From contig CAVYLQ010000009.1 in the NCBI GenBank assembly GCA_963769405.1, forward strand, positions 161,905 through 225,904: DNA of 64,000 nt. The letters run 5' to 3'. This DNA is from an uncultured Prevotellaceae bacterium (lineage in GTDB: Bacteria > Bacteroidota > Bacteroidia > Bacteroidales > Bacteroidaceae). The notes beneath the pieces are model-generated. The model had not been told where the DNA came from and ran no database searches. It saw only the letters and a list, made by a program, of their open reading frames with translations. The position numbers and the translations under genes are program-made. Below, in pieces: positions 29,299 through 39,821 of the stretch; position 1 is the stretch's first letter, and the number at the start of each line of letters is the position of its first letter.

Positions 29299-29787
29299 AT
29301 GGTACAGAAAAAGATCATAGAACAGTTGTTTCGACGATGCTATCGGCCAATGGTACATCTGGCAAGAATCCTTCTTCATGATGATAAGGAGAGCGAGGAT
29401 GTTGTCAGCGATGTATTCTTAGAATTGATGAATAAGGATATCGTACCCAAAAGTGATACAGCCCGGGCTTTCCTGATGACAAGTGTCCGCAACAGGTGCC
29501 TGAATATTATCAGGAATCAAAACATTCAACAACGTATCCTTCATCTTTATTTACTGGATGATAAACTGGATGAACATGAAGCAGAAGAAAAGGAAGAAAG
29601 AATTCATCAGATAAGGCTGGTCATTGATAAAAAACTATCCGATGACAATCGCAGGATTCTCCTTGAACATTATCAAGAGCATCTTACTTATCACGAGATA
29701 GCCTTTCGGGAAAGCATCAGCGAGGTAGCTGTCTACAAACACCTAAAGAAGTCTTTAGATACCATTAAAGAATTAGTAAAGCGTTAA
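29299..29787 (+). CDS. ECF RNA polymerase sigma factor
   Basis: ESEDVVSDVFLEL, FLMTSVRNRCLN, LTYHEIA...VYKHLKKSL. Confidence 0.88.
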   Translation: MVQKKIIEQLFRRCYRPMVHLARILLHDDKESEDVVSDVFLELMNKDIVPKSDTARAFLMTSVRNRCLNIIRNQNIQQRILHLYLLDDKLDEHEAEEKEERIHQIRLVIDKKLSDDNRRILLEHYQEHLTYHEIAFRESISEVAVYKHLKKSLDTIKELVKR

Positions 29788-29799
29788 TAATGAACGACA

Positions 29800-30435
29800 A
29801 TGGAAAAGATTAAACAACTTATACAGATGATGGAGCATCCGGAACAATATTCGAATGACCAATGGAGAGAAATCCTGAAAGACAAGGATTGCCGGGAATA
29901 TTATCAATTGATATCAGAGACAGACAATGCCATCAATGACAAGCCCCTTTCTGATAAAGATGTCAACCGAGCACAGAAGGATTTTGAAAGCAAATATTAT
30001 CCCTCAACCTCTCATTTATTGTTATTGAAAAAGATCGCAGCAATTTTCATCGGCCTTATACTTATCTCTTGTATAGCCATAGCTGCAGTATCTATTGTCA
30101 AACACCATCAACAGACACCACCAACTCATAAGGAAATCGTAAATCACAAGATAAAAGACAGTGTAAAGACAGTAGTAATGAAGACTGACTCTGTAAAAAG
30201 AAAGTCAGGTACTGCTGGAGAAAAACGATTTGTCAACGTGTCTCTGGAGAATGTTCTTCAGCAGATAGCTGTTTACTATCATGTAAAAGTTTCTTTCACA
30301 GACGAAAAAGCCACAAAGATAAGACTTTTCTTCAACTGGAATCAGAATAACACGCTTCCCCAGGTAGTGGAACAACTCAATAATTTTGAAGAGTTCCACA
30401 TCACCTTATCTAATAATACCCTAACAGTAAAGTAA
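29800..30435 (+). CDS. Short FecR-like anti-sigma factor (DUF4974-like C-domain)
   Basis: Single TM KKIAAIFIGLILIS; C-domain FVNVSLENVLQQIAVYYHVKV...NWNQNNTLPQVVEQLN. Confidence 0.78.
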   Translation: MEKIKQLIQMMEHPEQYSNDQWREILKDKDCREYYQLISETDNAINDKPLSDKDVNRAQKDFESKYYPSTSHLLLLKKIAAIFIGLILISCIAIAAVSIVKHHQQTPPTHKEIVNHKIKDSVKTVVMKTDSVKRKSGTAGEKRFVNVSLENVLQQIAVYYHVKVSFTDEKATKIRLFFNWNQNNTLPQVVEQLNNFEEFHITLSNNTLTVK

Positions 30436-30437
30436 AC

Positions 30438-33005
30438 ATGAAAAAACTACTGATAATTCTTCTGTGTTGCTTTACCGGCATTTCTTCCATCGCCCAAAGT
30501 ATCACCCATAAATATAATAATGTGTCCATATCGGATGCACTCCAATCGATAAGTAAGGTTTCAAAAGACTACATCATCAACTTTGTCTACAATGATCTGG
30601 AAGACTTTAAGGTGACAACAGATATCCGCAATAAGAGCATTCCAACTGCCATTCGACAGATGATCGGCTTCTATCCCATTGGCATGAAGATAACCAAGAG
30701 CGGAACGGATATCAAAGGCCAGCCATTGCCTGATATGATCTTTGTAGAATACTTGCAGAAAGAAGACCGTAAAGTGATAGGAAAAATACTTGATGAGCAT
30801 GGACAACCTATGGAATTTGTCAATGTTTCCATCCTACAGCCAAAAGATTCTAGTTTCATTAATGGAGGCGTGACTACAGAAACCGGCGATTTCGTCATCC
30901 CATGCAATCCGACTAATGTGTTGCTAAAGATTTCCTATATCGGCTATCGCACCCTTTACCGCCATTTTGCATCTGCCCGTGCGGGAAATATCTCGATGAT
31001 ACCTGACGCTTACCGCATCAAAGGTGTCACAGTAAAAGGCCATCACAAAGTAGAGATGGTAGACCGCTCCGTCTATACATTCTCCGAAGAACAAATCAAA
31101 AATTCCAATCAGGCCCAGCAACTTATTGCCACTCTGCCGGGACTTCGTATCGACCGTATGCGCAACACCCTTGCCACACTCTCCGGAAAGTCACTCAAGA
31201 TTCTTATCAACGGCATTGAAGCTAGTGACAATGACCTGAAAATGCTCAAGCCCAAGGAAATCAAGAATGTGGAATACTATACGGTACCACCGGCTCGATA
31301 TGCTGATGCCGGAACACTCATTAATATCCATACGCGGAAAGCAGATGACGGCTATGCTGCCGGAGTTGATGTTATGCAGGGATTCAAGCATGGTTTCAAC
31401 AACTCTGCCATCTTTGCTAAATATAACCACGGCAATAGTCAGTTCTCCTTCGACTACAACTTCTCCTGGCGCAATGTCCCCAACTGCGATGAACAGCACT
31501 ACTACAGTTTTATGGATAATGGCAATAAAACCAACTATAACTATAAAGGAAAATATCATTTTGGCTATACCACACAAGACTTCAATCTGAAATACCTCTA
31601 TAGTCGTGACGACAGTCTGAACTTTCAGGCAAAGTTCACACCTTCCATCTTCTCTTGGTTCAATAACAGCCATAATAACATTTCGGCTGAAAACAATCTG
31701 AAATGGAAAAGCGGATGGAATGAACAGAAGCGACATCAGAACAGTTTCAGTCCTTCAATAGATCTCTATTTTGACAAGAAACTGAGTCATGGGCAGGAAT
31801 TGACCACTGATATCGTGGGCACATGGTTCCACAATCGGGAGAGCAACAATAACCAACAGTACGAAGAGCAGGAACAAGTTCTTGATGATAACATGCGACA
31901 ACACAACAACAAGTATTCTCTTATCGGCGAACTAGCCTACAGCAAGGAGTGGAAAAAGGTCAAACTCTCACTCGGTTATAAAGCAACACTGGCAAAATCC
32001 GACTTTAAGATCAGTAATGTCCTCTCCGATTATCAGGAATATCAATACCATGCTACCGACGATAAACATTATGCTTATGCACAGTTGAACGGCGACATAC
32101 TCAAAATGGGATATCGTCTCAGCATGGGTGGCACGTATGTTCATTCCGGCAATGACGACACACATTATAACAAATGGTATTTTACTCCAACGGCAGAGTT
32201 CAGCTACCCGATGAAAAACGGGATATTACGTTTGGAAGGGGATGTCAATACTGATATTCCGTCAATTGCAGACCTAAGCAATAACAGCACAGTGACGATT
32301 CCGGGATTGTACCGCCATGGCAATCCTTATCTGAAGAGCGCACAGAACAAGAGCATGAAACTATCTTATTCACTCAACACACCTTATATTAATATGGATA
32401 TCAATTTCGGCCTGAACAAGATCAATAATGCGATCAGTAACTACTACCAGTGGCAGGAGCTAAATGGAGACCGTGTCATTGTCTCCAGGCCAGAAAACTG
32501 TGATTATATGCTCGACTATGGTTTTAAAGGTGCTTTCCAAATCACTCCTTTCAAGAGTGACCTTCTTGTCTTGTCCCTGGAAACCGGCTATTTATGGCAG
32601 AAGGAGAAAAGTGAAATCATCGGAATCCATCATTATCATTATCTTCCTTTGGAATGGACTGTAGATTTCCGGAAAGGCAACTGGGGAGCAGAATATTACC
32701 AGAGGATACCCAGTAAAATCTTGAGTGGCACTAATATTGACTCTGAAGAGAACACACAAAATATCTATTTCTATTATCAGCATAAACAGTTGCATATAGG
32801 TCTTTATATTCTCTTCCCCTTTGCAGCAGCAAAGTATACTTCCGACATTCTCAGTAACGAAGTTCTTGACTACCACAGCATGAGCAAGGTAACAGAACAG
32901 GCTCGTACCATAGGCATACATATAAGCTACAATATCTTCTCAGGCAAACAGAAAGAACTACGGAAGAAAATAGACAACAAGGACAGCGACCAGGGATTCT
33001 TCTAA
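30438..33005 (+). CDS. TonB-dependent-type outer-membrane beta-barrel with N-terminal signalling (STN-like) domain
   Basis: Signal peptide; YNNVSISDAL...FVYNDLE domain; carboxypeptidase-regulatory-like domain (VIGKILDEHGQPMEFVNV, ISYIGY); plug (LPGL, ILINGI, VEYYTVPPARY); C-terminal IHISYNIF. Confidence 0.8.
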   Translation: MKKLLIILLCCFTGISSIAQSITHKYNNVSISDALQSISKVSKDYIINFVYNDLEDFKVTTDIRNKSIPTAIRQMIGFYPIGMKITKSGTDIKGQPLPDMIFVEYLQKEDRKVIGKILDEHGQPMEFVNVSILQPKDSSFINGGVTTETGDFVIPCNPTNVLLKISYIGYRTLYRHFASARAGNISMIPDAYRIKGVTVKGHHKVEMVDRSVYTFSEEQIKNSNQAQQLIATLPGLRIDRMRNTLATLSGKSLKILINGIEASDNDLKMLKPKEIKNVEYYTVPPARYADAGTLINIHTRKADDGYAAGVDVMQGFKHGFNNSAIFAKYNHGNSQFSFDYNFSWRNVPNCDEQHYYSFMDNGNKTNYNYKGKYHFGYTTQDFNLKYLYSRDDSLNFQAKFTPSIFSWFNNSHNNISAENNLKWKSGWNEQKRHQNSFSPSIDLYFDKKLSHGQELTTDIVGTWFHNRESNNNQQYEEQEQVLDDNMRQHNNKYSLIGELAYSKEWKKVKLSLGYKATLAKSDFKISNVLSDYQEYQYHATDDKHYAYAQLNGDILKMGYRLSMGGTYVHSGNDDTHYNKWYFTPTAEFSYPMKNGILRLEGDVNTDIPSIADLSNNSTVTIPGLYRHGNPYLKSAQNKSMKLSYSLNTPYINMDINFGLNKINNAISNYYQWQELNGDRVIVSRPENCDYMLDYGFKGAFQITPFKSDLLVLSLETGYLWQKEKSEIIGIHHYHYLPLEWTVDFRKGNWGAEYYQRIPSKILSGTNIDSEENTQNIYFYYQHKQLHIGLYILFPFAAAKYTSDILSNEVLDYHSMSKVTEQARTIGIHISYNIFSGKQKELRKKIDNKDSDQGFF

Positions 33006-33087
33006 AGACCATATCTTTGCCCGTTTGAATGATTATCAACCCACAAAAACTTCTGTCTATAGAATTATCATTTCATTACAAAAAAAT

Positions 33088-33123
33088 GGGTGCATCGAAA
33101 AGAATAGCTTTTCAAATGCACCC
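33088..33123. terminator. Terminator between convergent barrel gene and tldD/E fusion
   Basis: GGGTGCAT-CGAAAAG ... CTTTTC-AA-ATGCACCC. Confidence 0.65.
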
Positions 33124-33157
33124 TTAATAAAGAAGAGAGAGATTCTTTATTTTAAGT

Positions 33158-36100
33158 TTAGTTTTTTGGCGGTTCTATAGGGAATGCCATTTCCTGTTTC
33201 GGCTTTTTGAAATAACATTCAATATTCTCTACAATAAGTGCTCTCGGCGAAATAATCGTCGAACCTATACGACCTATAATTGTGTTCTGAACATTTTCTT
33301 CTTTTGACATCGCTATAATATGCAACAAGTCACCCTTGCTTAGAGTCGGAATTTCTTTTACCCTTACCAGTTTTTCCTCACCTGTGACAGCATTAACTCG
33401 ATACAAACAGGGGGTAAGTCCCGAAGGCTGACGTACTATATATGTAACTTTCAATCCCTTTTCTTTTGCTTCCTTGCAAAGTATCTGCTTCATCTTATCA
33501 AATGGTTTATCTGCGTCGCCATACATTCTCAGAATGCCCGGAGCTACTCCTGTACCTATCGTTTCAGGGTCATCAAAGAATCGGTCATTACCAGTGCTTT
33601 GCAAGCAGTTGAGCGCTGGATACCTGCCACAGATTAGCTGCTTAACAAATCCTCCACTCAATAGACTCAATGTTTTAGCAGGTACAACACCGTCGGCATC
33701 GCAACTGAAATTTCCTATCAGTCTCATCGAGTTGAATACCGGCATATCTGTCAGTTGGTCGATGTTGAGGTGTTTGTCAAAAATCCTCTTGCCTACTAAC
33801 AGGCTGGAGGTACCACTATTATCCTGAACCGTTCTCTTGACTGTGAGCAAAGGCACAATGAGGTTGCTTACGGTGTTGCTTATCATATCGTCTTCGTACA
33901 TGATTGGACCTACGTAATAGTCGTTCAGAGCTTCAGACTGATGTAACTTAACCAAACGGTCGGCAAACTTCTTTACCAAGTCAATCAACTTGTCGGAATC
34001 AAGTTCCTTGTCAGAACATACGATACGATCGATATGGTCTGAAATCTCTGAACCATCTGGTGTACGTACACTGGCGTATGCAGTAAGTTCTACAAAACCG
34101 TGTAAACTCTTCTGCTTGATATTCTCGGACGTCTCACGATAGTTTACTGTATTCTTGCTCAATATATTTACACTAGTATTGTAAAGGTCCGGGTACTTGG
34201 CGAATATAGCCGACAGGCGCTTACCAAGGCCTTGCAGATAAGAATACGAAATCGTATCCTGGCTATCCTGCTGTATGTATACACTAGGCTTCATAGTGAG
34301 CATGTCGGGTATGCCAACCTCTTCTTCCGGCATAGGATTGTTAGCCAGAAAATTCATCTTGTTTGACATCACGCCCAAACTATATTTGTACATATAATCA
34401 GAAGCCTTCCACAACTCTCTGCGTATATTATTATAGTCTACCGTGTTAGTACAAGATATAGGACAAACCTGCCCCGATTGCATATCACTTAAGCGTAGTG
34501 AATCACCCACAGCTATATTTACACTTCCTCGTGTTACTATAGGATAATGTTCAGACAATAATAACCCACCTAGTGACGAAGAAATGTATGCCTGACTGAC
34601 ACGGGCTATATTATAGTTGACATAGCAAGGCATGGGATAACCTGGATAAGAGATATTCACATTGCGTTTCATCTCATCGTCCATAGCTTTGAAAATAATA
34701 TTATCCTCATTCCTGTCAGTGGCGCTAGAAACCTCAGGAGCCGGAAGAATGGTAGGCTTCTGCAAATCCAACTGTCTCCGTTGTGTCTCAATTTTTGAGA
34801 CATAAATCATTGGTGAACTTGCTGTTACCGGTACCCAACCAGACTCTGCCCCACATTCGCCTGTGAATGTACTAGTCTGATTACCGGCCGCCGAAATGTT
34901 AGAGAACATTGAAAGTGGTGTACCGATCAAATCGACTCCACGAACCAACTGGTCAGGACGTCCGTCTACAAACACGCGATAAACCTCAAGTGGCGTGACA
35001 TTGAAAGAATTGAGGGTTCCGTTCTCTCCTGTAAGAGTAAAGCCGCTGGTAACGGTCCTAAAATAATATCCGTAAGCCTTACCTTGCTTACGAGCCTCTT
35101 TTACAAGCATCGCACGGAGTTCAGCCTCTGTATATGGCTTTGTTGTTTCTACTATCAAGTTAGACTGACGAGAAACAGGGTCATTGCCACCCTGAGTTCT
35201 ACCATGACCATTGCTATGAGGGAAACCGTCGATAGGTACACGACTCATCAAGAAGTTTCTCAATATACCATGTTCAACACAGGTTACCCTTTGGGCCTTA
35301 ACGCCTTCATCATCATACTTATAATATCCGTTAAGATCAGAATTACCATAATGAGTAAGAGTTGGGTCGGAATAGACATTGAAAGTAACAGGCAGGACAC
35401 GTTCGCCAACCATTTTTTTGAAAGTCTGTCCACCTTTTTTCAGACGGTGACCTTCAAGTCTATGTCCGAAAATCTCATGAAAGAATACCCCGCTGGCAGG
35501 ACCCGACAGAATAGCCGGGCCAGTGTATGGGTCGGCTACAGGCGCAACCTTCAATGCCAAAAGGCGCTGAATCATGGCCTTGGCATCGTCTATCATTTTT
35601 TCTTGAGAAGGCAGTTTGTTAATATCGTAAGCGAAATAATCCCAATGCAGAGGACACGACATTCCGTCCAGGGCTTTAACCGATGCAGATACGAGTATAC
35701 GTACAGCTTTACGGTTTTGTACCACGATAGTACCATCTGTATTTACGAGATAGTTTCTGTCTATCTCAAAAGCCATATCGGCCTTACCAGTCTCTATATC
35801 CTTACAGCCAAGAAATACACGAGTAACAGCATTAAGCCTGTCTTTCCAGGTATCAATATCTATCTTATACGCACTCTGCGGTAGCGGCTGCTCATAATAA
35901 GTTTCCCGTGGAGCATCCGAGAAGCAAGGGGCCTTATCCTCATCAGCAGTGCTGGTGAGGGCCTCAGACTTAGCCTGATCATAATTACTCTTGGCTATCT
36001 GATAACGCCTCAGAACTTCCTTCCATATAGCCTGCCTCATACCAGGTATGACCATGCCATCGATAGGGACTGCTACACCTTTACCATCACGTTGCTTGCT

Positions 36101-36418
36101 TCCGCTACCTTGATTCTGATATTTAAAATTGTCGAGTTCTTTTGAACCCAATCTGATTTGCGGTGTCAGCATTCGCTCATGATTTCTATCAACGGATGTA
36201 GCGCCTAGATTGCTCGAAATGACAGTTTTGGTAATATCTGCCAATCTGAAGCTCATGAAATATGGCGGATTGGTCTCTTTTTGCAGTTGCGACATATCGT
36301 ATTTCAGTTCACTCTTCATAGTGCTGACCAACGAGTCTTTCTCCAATGTCTGAGCACTCAATGTAAAGACACTCAAACATGAGAAAACAACTGATATTGA
36401 TATTCTGTTAAATCTCAT
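33158..36418 (-). CDS. Exported tandem TldD-TldE(PmbA)-like metalloprotease, single chain
   Basis: 1086 aa with Sec signal. Module 1 has HExxxH (FFHEIFGHRLEGH), DDEGV, GHGR and SRQSNL. Module 2 repeats the architecture (KAMDDEMKRN..., DADGV, GNDR) without HExxxH. Confidence 0.82.
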   Translation of the reverse strand: MRFNRISISVVFSCLSVFTLSAQTLEKDSLVSTMKSELKYDMSQLQKETNPPYFMSFRLADITKTVISSNLGATSVDRNHERMLTPQIRLGSKELDNFKYQNQGSGSKQRDGKGVAVPIDGMVIPGMRQAIWKEVLRRYQIAKSNYDQAKSEALTSTADEDKAPCFSDAPRETYYEQPLPQSAYKIDIDTWKDRLNAVTRVFLGCKDIETGKADMAFEIDRNYLVNTDGTIVVQNRKAVRILVSASVKALDGMSCPLHWDYFAYDINKLPSQEKMIDDAKAMIQRLLALKVAPVADPYTGPAILSGPASGVFFHEIFGHRLEGHRLKKGGQTFKKMVGERVLPVTFNVYSDPTLTHYGNSDLNGYYKYDDEGVKAQRVTCVEHGILRNFLMSRVPIDGFPHSNGHGRTQGGNDPVSRQSNLIVETTKPYTEAELRAMLVKEARKQGKAYGYYFRTVTSGFTLTGENGTLNSFNVTPLEVYRVFVDGRPDQLVRGVDLIGTPLSMFSNISAAGNQTSTFTGECGAESGWVPVTASSPMIYVSKIETQRRQLDLQKPTILPAPEVSSATDRNEDNIIFKAMDDEMKRNVNISYPGYPMPCYVNYNIARVSQAYISSSLGGLLLSEHYPIVTRGSVNIAVGDSLRLSDMQSGQVCPISCTNTVDYNNIRRELWKASDYMYKYSLGVMSNKMNFLANNPMPEEEVGIPDMLTMKPSVYIQQDSQDTISYSYLQGLGKRLSAIFAKYPDLYNTSVNILSKNTVNYRETSENIKQKSLHGFVELTAYASVRTPDGSEISDHIDRIVCSDKELDSDKLIDLVKKFADRLVKLHQSEALNDYYVGPIMYEDDMISNTVSNLIVPLLTVKRTVQDNSGTSSLLVGKRIFDKHLNIDQLTDMPVFNSMRLIGNFSCDADGVVPAKTLSLLSGGFVKQLICGRYPALNCLQSTGNDRFFDDPETIGTGVAPGILRMYGDADKPFDKMKQILCKEAKEKGLKVTYIVRQPSGLTPCLYRVNAVTGEEKLVRVKEIPTLSKGDLLHIIAMSKEENVQNTIIGRIGSTIISPRALIVENIECYFKKPKQEMAFPIEPPKN

Positions 36419-37498
36419 TATTTCTGATTTATTAAAGAATTGATAGCCTCTTGCTTTGACTTAGACTCGTAAGTCGATGTGTCGGCACATTTCTTAAGAT
36501 AATTCATAACCTTCTTCTGCTGAGCAGTGTTCATCTTCTTATACTTACTTAAAAGTATGCTTTCAAGAATACCCTTGAAGGCATCATTACTAGGAAGGTA
36601 TCTTACCGTTTGCTCATAGAATCTTATCATCGTATCGTAATCTTTCTCCATCACATAGAGTGCTATTCGGGGAAGATACGACTCGGCATCGTCAACAGGC
36701 AGTTCAAGCATAGCTGTTATAAAAGCTGCCTTTCTTACATCGTCCAATGTATAATTGATTGGACGTTCATCGGCCACCAAATACATTGGCTTACGATAAG
36801 TATCAAAAATCATCTGGTTAACGACCTCACGACCAAGATACTTATCCATCTTGTACTTGTCGAGCATAAGATGGTCAAAACGTGGAGATCTGAAATCAGT
36901 AGTAGCGAAAACGAGTTCAAGGTATTCGCGTGAATAACGCTGCGACTCCCACGGATTTTTGTACATCTCGTCGAGTGTAGGAGTCGGGTCTTGTCCGTGG
37001 TCTATCTGTGCTTTAGCCAATTTCATACCGTTATCGTAATTTGGTTCCTTATCAAAGGCCTCTTTCAGGGCAATAACCGAATTATCCGGCTTTACGGCTT
37101 CTACCATGCGAGCTACAGAAATGTTGCGGCATCGAGCGAACCACCTGTAAGACGATTTATTTCTTTACCGTCAGCATCCATGATTATAAATGTAGGATAA
37201 GACTGTACCATGTATTTCTTAACAGTTGTACGCCTTCACCTTTCTCCATATCCACTTGTATGCATACAAACTTACCATTGAAGTAATCACCACATTCTTT
37301 TTGCGGGAATATCTCATGAGCCATTCTTGCACATGGTACGCACCAAGACGTATAACAGTCCATGAATAGCATTTTATTTTCTTTCCTGGCTTTAGCCAAG
37401 GCTTCCTTGAAGCTTACTCCCTTGACAAAGTCCACTCCTTGAGCAGAAGCACCAATTGCCGTAAGAATAAGCATCAGTATAACAAGAGTTTTTTTCAT
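36418..37498 (-). pseudogene. Exported thioredoxin-domain protein with helical C-domain, split by two frameshifts
   Basis: 37498-37184 gives signal + DCYTSWCVPC. A frameshift near 37222 continues KKYMVQSYPTFIIMDADGKEINRLTGGSLDAATF. A second near 37118 joins VARMVEAVKP (ORF 37107-36418). Confidence 0.8.
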
Positions 37499-37511
37499 CT
37501 CAATGCTATTT

Positions 37512-38873
37512 TTATTTTTTTAATTCAGCCTCCAACAACTGTTTCAGAGCAGGATCAGAAGGACGTGGAGCATTGGTATTTACAGTTTTTCCAGTCTTAG
37601 AGAATACCATAAACCTTGGTATCTCAGTAATCTGATAATCACTTACCAACGGCCCCTTTCTATACGAAATCAACTGTACGCCGCCCATATTCTTGTCCTT
37701 AAGCATCTTTTTCCATGCAGCACGATCCGTATCAAAAGAAGCGCCTATGAATACAATATTCTTATGAGCAAATTCTTTTTCAAGCTCCAGCAAGTAAGGA
37801 ATCTCTTTCTTGCAAGGAGGACACCATGTAGCCCATACGTCAACAAGAACGACCTTTCCCTTGAAATCAGAAAGTTTTCTCTTTTTGCCATTCGCATCCT
37901 CGTAGGCAAAATCTATCCAGGGATTTCCGGCTTTGTTTACCATGTATTTTCTTAACAGGTCTGCTCTGCGCACTTTCTGCTTCGGTGTTACGAAACTGCT
38001 AGCATAACGTTTACAAACTACATCTGCGCTATCAAGCAAATTTCTCTCCATAGCCGACAGGATAACTTCGCCACGCAATTCTGGACATGTGATGTACTTC
38101 AACTCCCAAGGAAGTGTAGGACCCATGATGAAATTGTAAATAAAAGTTTTGGCAAAAGCATAATTCAACATCAAGTCGAAAGGTTGTGGAGAATAATGCC
38201 ATACATCCATACTGTTGTATACATCCTTACTCAAATAATCCTGAATATACTGTGGATAATCCTGATGTCTAGGCCATTCTATACCATTCATGAACACCGA
38301 AGTGATATCATACTGCAAAAGGAAAGGCATGGCCTTCTTCATGTAAGCATCGAATGACACATTACCTGTATTGATACCGGATATCAACTGCTGAGCAAGA
38401 GTTGTAACACTGTCGATTACAACATGATAACGCTGAGGGGTTGCCTTGCGGCCTGCCAGAGAATAATCTAAAGTTCTAAGAGGAGAAAGGATTTCGAACC
38501 ATCTTGCGATAAGCTCATTCTCTTTACCGATTTTGCCGCTGAATTTAATATTTCCTCCTTCTACATTTATATTGATCGAATCTTTATCACCTAGATACAC
38601 AGGATAAAACTCACCATCAGCACCTATATAAGAAACTTTGTTCAACAATCCGGTTTCAGAACCTATATTCAGACTGAATGATTTATCATAGCTTCTCAAA
38701 GCCGATCCAGCTTTTTCTTCCAGTTTGCCATTTATATTCCGGCAGATAACAATGGACGTACTCCTTTGATTATCAATGATAATCTTGTTGAACACACCTC
38801 CTATATGAGCTGTCTGAGCTCCGCAGGTTGTGGTTGCCACTAACATGGCTAAAGATAAAATACTTTTTCTCAT
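37512..38873 (-). CDS. TlpA/ResA-like thiol-disulfide oxidoreductase
   Basis: Signal peptide; C-terminal LSDFKGKVVLVDVWATWCPPC...YQITEIPRF...APRPS. Confidence 0.88.
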   Translation of the reverse strand: MRKSILSLAMLVATTTCGAQTAHIGGVFNKIIIDNQRSTSIVICRNINGKLEEKAGSALRSYDKSFSLNIGSETGLLNKVSYIGADGEFYPVYLGDKDSININVEGGNIKFSGKIGKENELIARWFEILSPLRTLDYSLAGRKATPQRYHVVIDSVTTLAQQLISGINTGNVSFDAYMKKAMPFLLQYDITSVFMNGIEWPRHQDYPQYIQDYLSKDVYNSMDVWHYSPQPFDLMLNYAFAKTFIYNFIMGPTLPWELKYITCPELRGEVILSAMERNLLDSADVVCKRYASSFVTPKQKVRRADLLRKYMVNKAGNPWIDFAYEDANGKKRKLSDFKGKVVLVDVWATWCPPCKKEIPYLLELEKEFAHKNIVFIGASFDTDRAAWKKMLKDKNMGGVQLISYRKGPLVSDYQITEIPRFMVFSKTGKTVNTNAPRPSDPALKQLLEAELKK

Positions 38874-38882
38874 CTTAATGTT

Positions 38883-39810
38883 TTACTTTAAACTGTTAAT
38901 TATATTTTGTATGATTGTGTATTTCTGCATGATATATGGATATTTACCATACAATTGCGTAAATTCATCTTGACTATATGTACATGCTGCCTCTACATAC
39001 ATATTAACATCCATCCATGTGCTTGAAGGTGTATAATAGCTATTGGCTTGGATCTGTATCCAAAAAACCAACTTCTTGAACGGTAGGATGCTCCATATCG
39101 TCAGGATCGGCTCCTGTAACATACTGTCTGAGCTGTCCCGTATACATATTATATATATCTTTCTGCGGACTAAGACTCCTTGATACCTGATAGAATTTAG
39201 CCAATAATGAAGAATACGCATCTTGATTCAATATATAGTCAGACAAAGCAGAACGCAATATTGCACCCTTCATTTTCTTCTTTTCTGTTTCATCCATGGT
39301 AGCCAATCTGGAAGTATTGGCTATAACCAATGTATTTAGTCCTTTGAAAGCATAAGAACCGAAAGCAGAACTCGTCATCTGGTCTACCAGAAATAAGCTC
39401 TGTATGTGTATCGACTTAGGTAAAGCTGGCATTATATCCTGTCGAAGATATCTTAGGAAAGCCGGTACATTTGCCCTATTGGTATAAGTGAAATTATCAA
39501 CTATAGGAGAAGAACTGGCACTGGCCATACCACCCATCGAATAATTCAGAGTAAGTGTCTCATAATGAATATATTCGTGATGGAACACATCTACACGCTG
39601 CTGCGTTCCTATCGTATCGTTTGTAAATACCGGTATTCCAAAATCTTTATAGAAAAGATATATGGCATGACTTACAGAGTCACTCGGATTATCATCTACC
39701 ACATACCAATTCTTATCATAATCGGGAAAGTCCATCGTCTCTTCTTTCTGACAAGCCCAAAGCGAAAGAAGTGCAATCCCCAAAAGCAATATATTTCTAA
39801 GTATCTTCAT
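38883..39810 (-). pseudogene. SusCD-associated surface lipoprotein, frameshifted near the C-terminus
   Basis: Lipobox LSLWA-C followed by QKEE. An extra base at CCAAGCC (about 39048) stops the ORF at DTDPSQ*; the other frame continues ANSYYTPSSTWMDV...YPYIMQKY to 38883. Confidence 0.75.
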
Positions 39811-39821
39811 CTATTTATGAT

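Noticed and set aside
35084-35884. 266-aa plus-strand ORF
   Set aside because: Antisense to the TldD module, no recognisable domain; a shadow ORF.
38883-39221. 112-aa ORF as an independent gene
   Set aside because: Only its last about 54 codons look genuine, and they are the frameshifted tail of the upstream lipoprotein.
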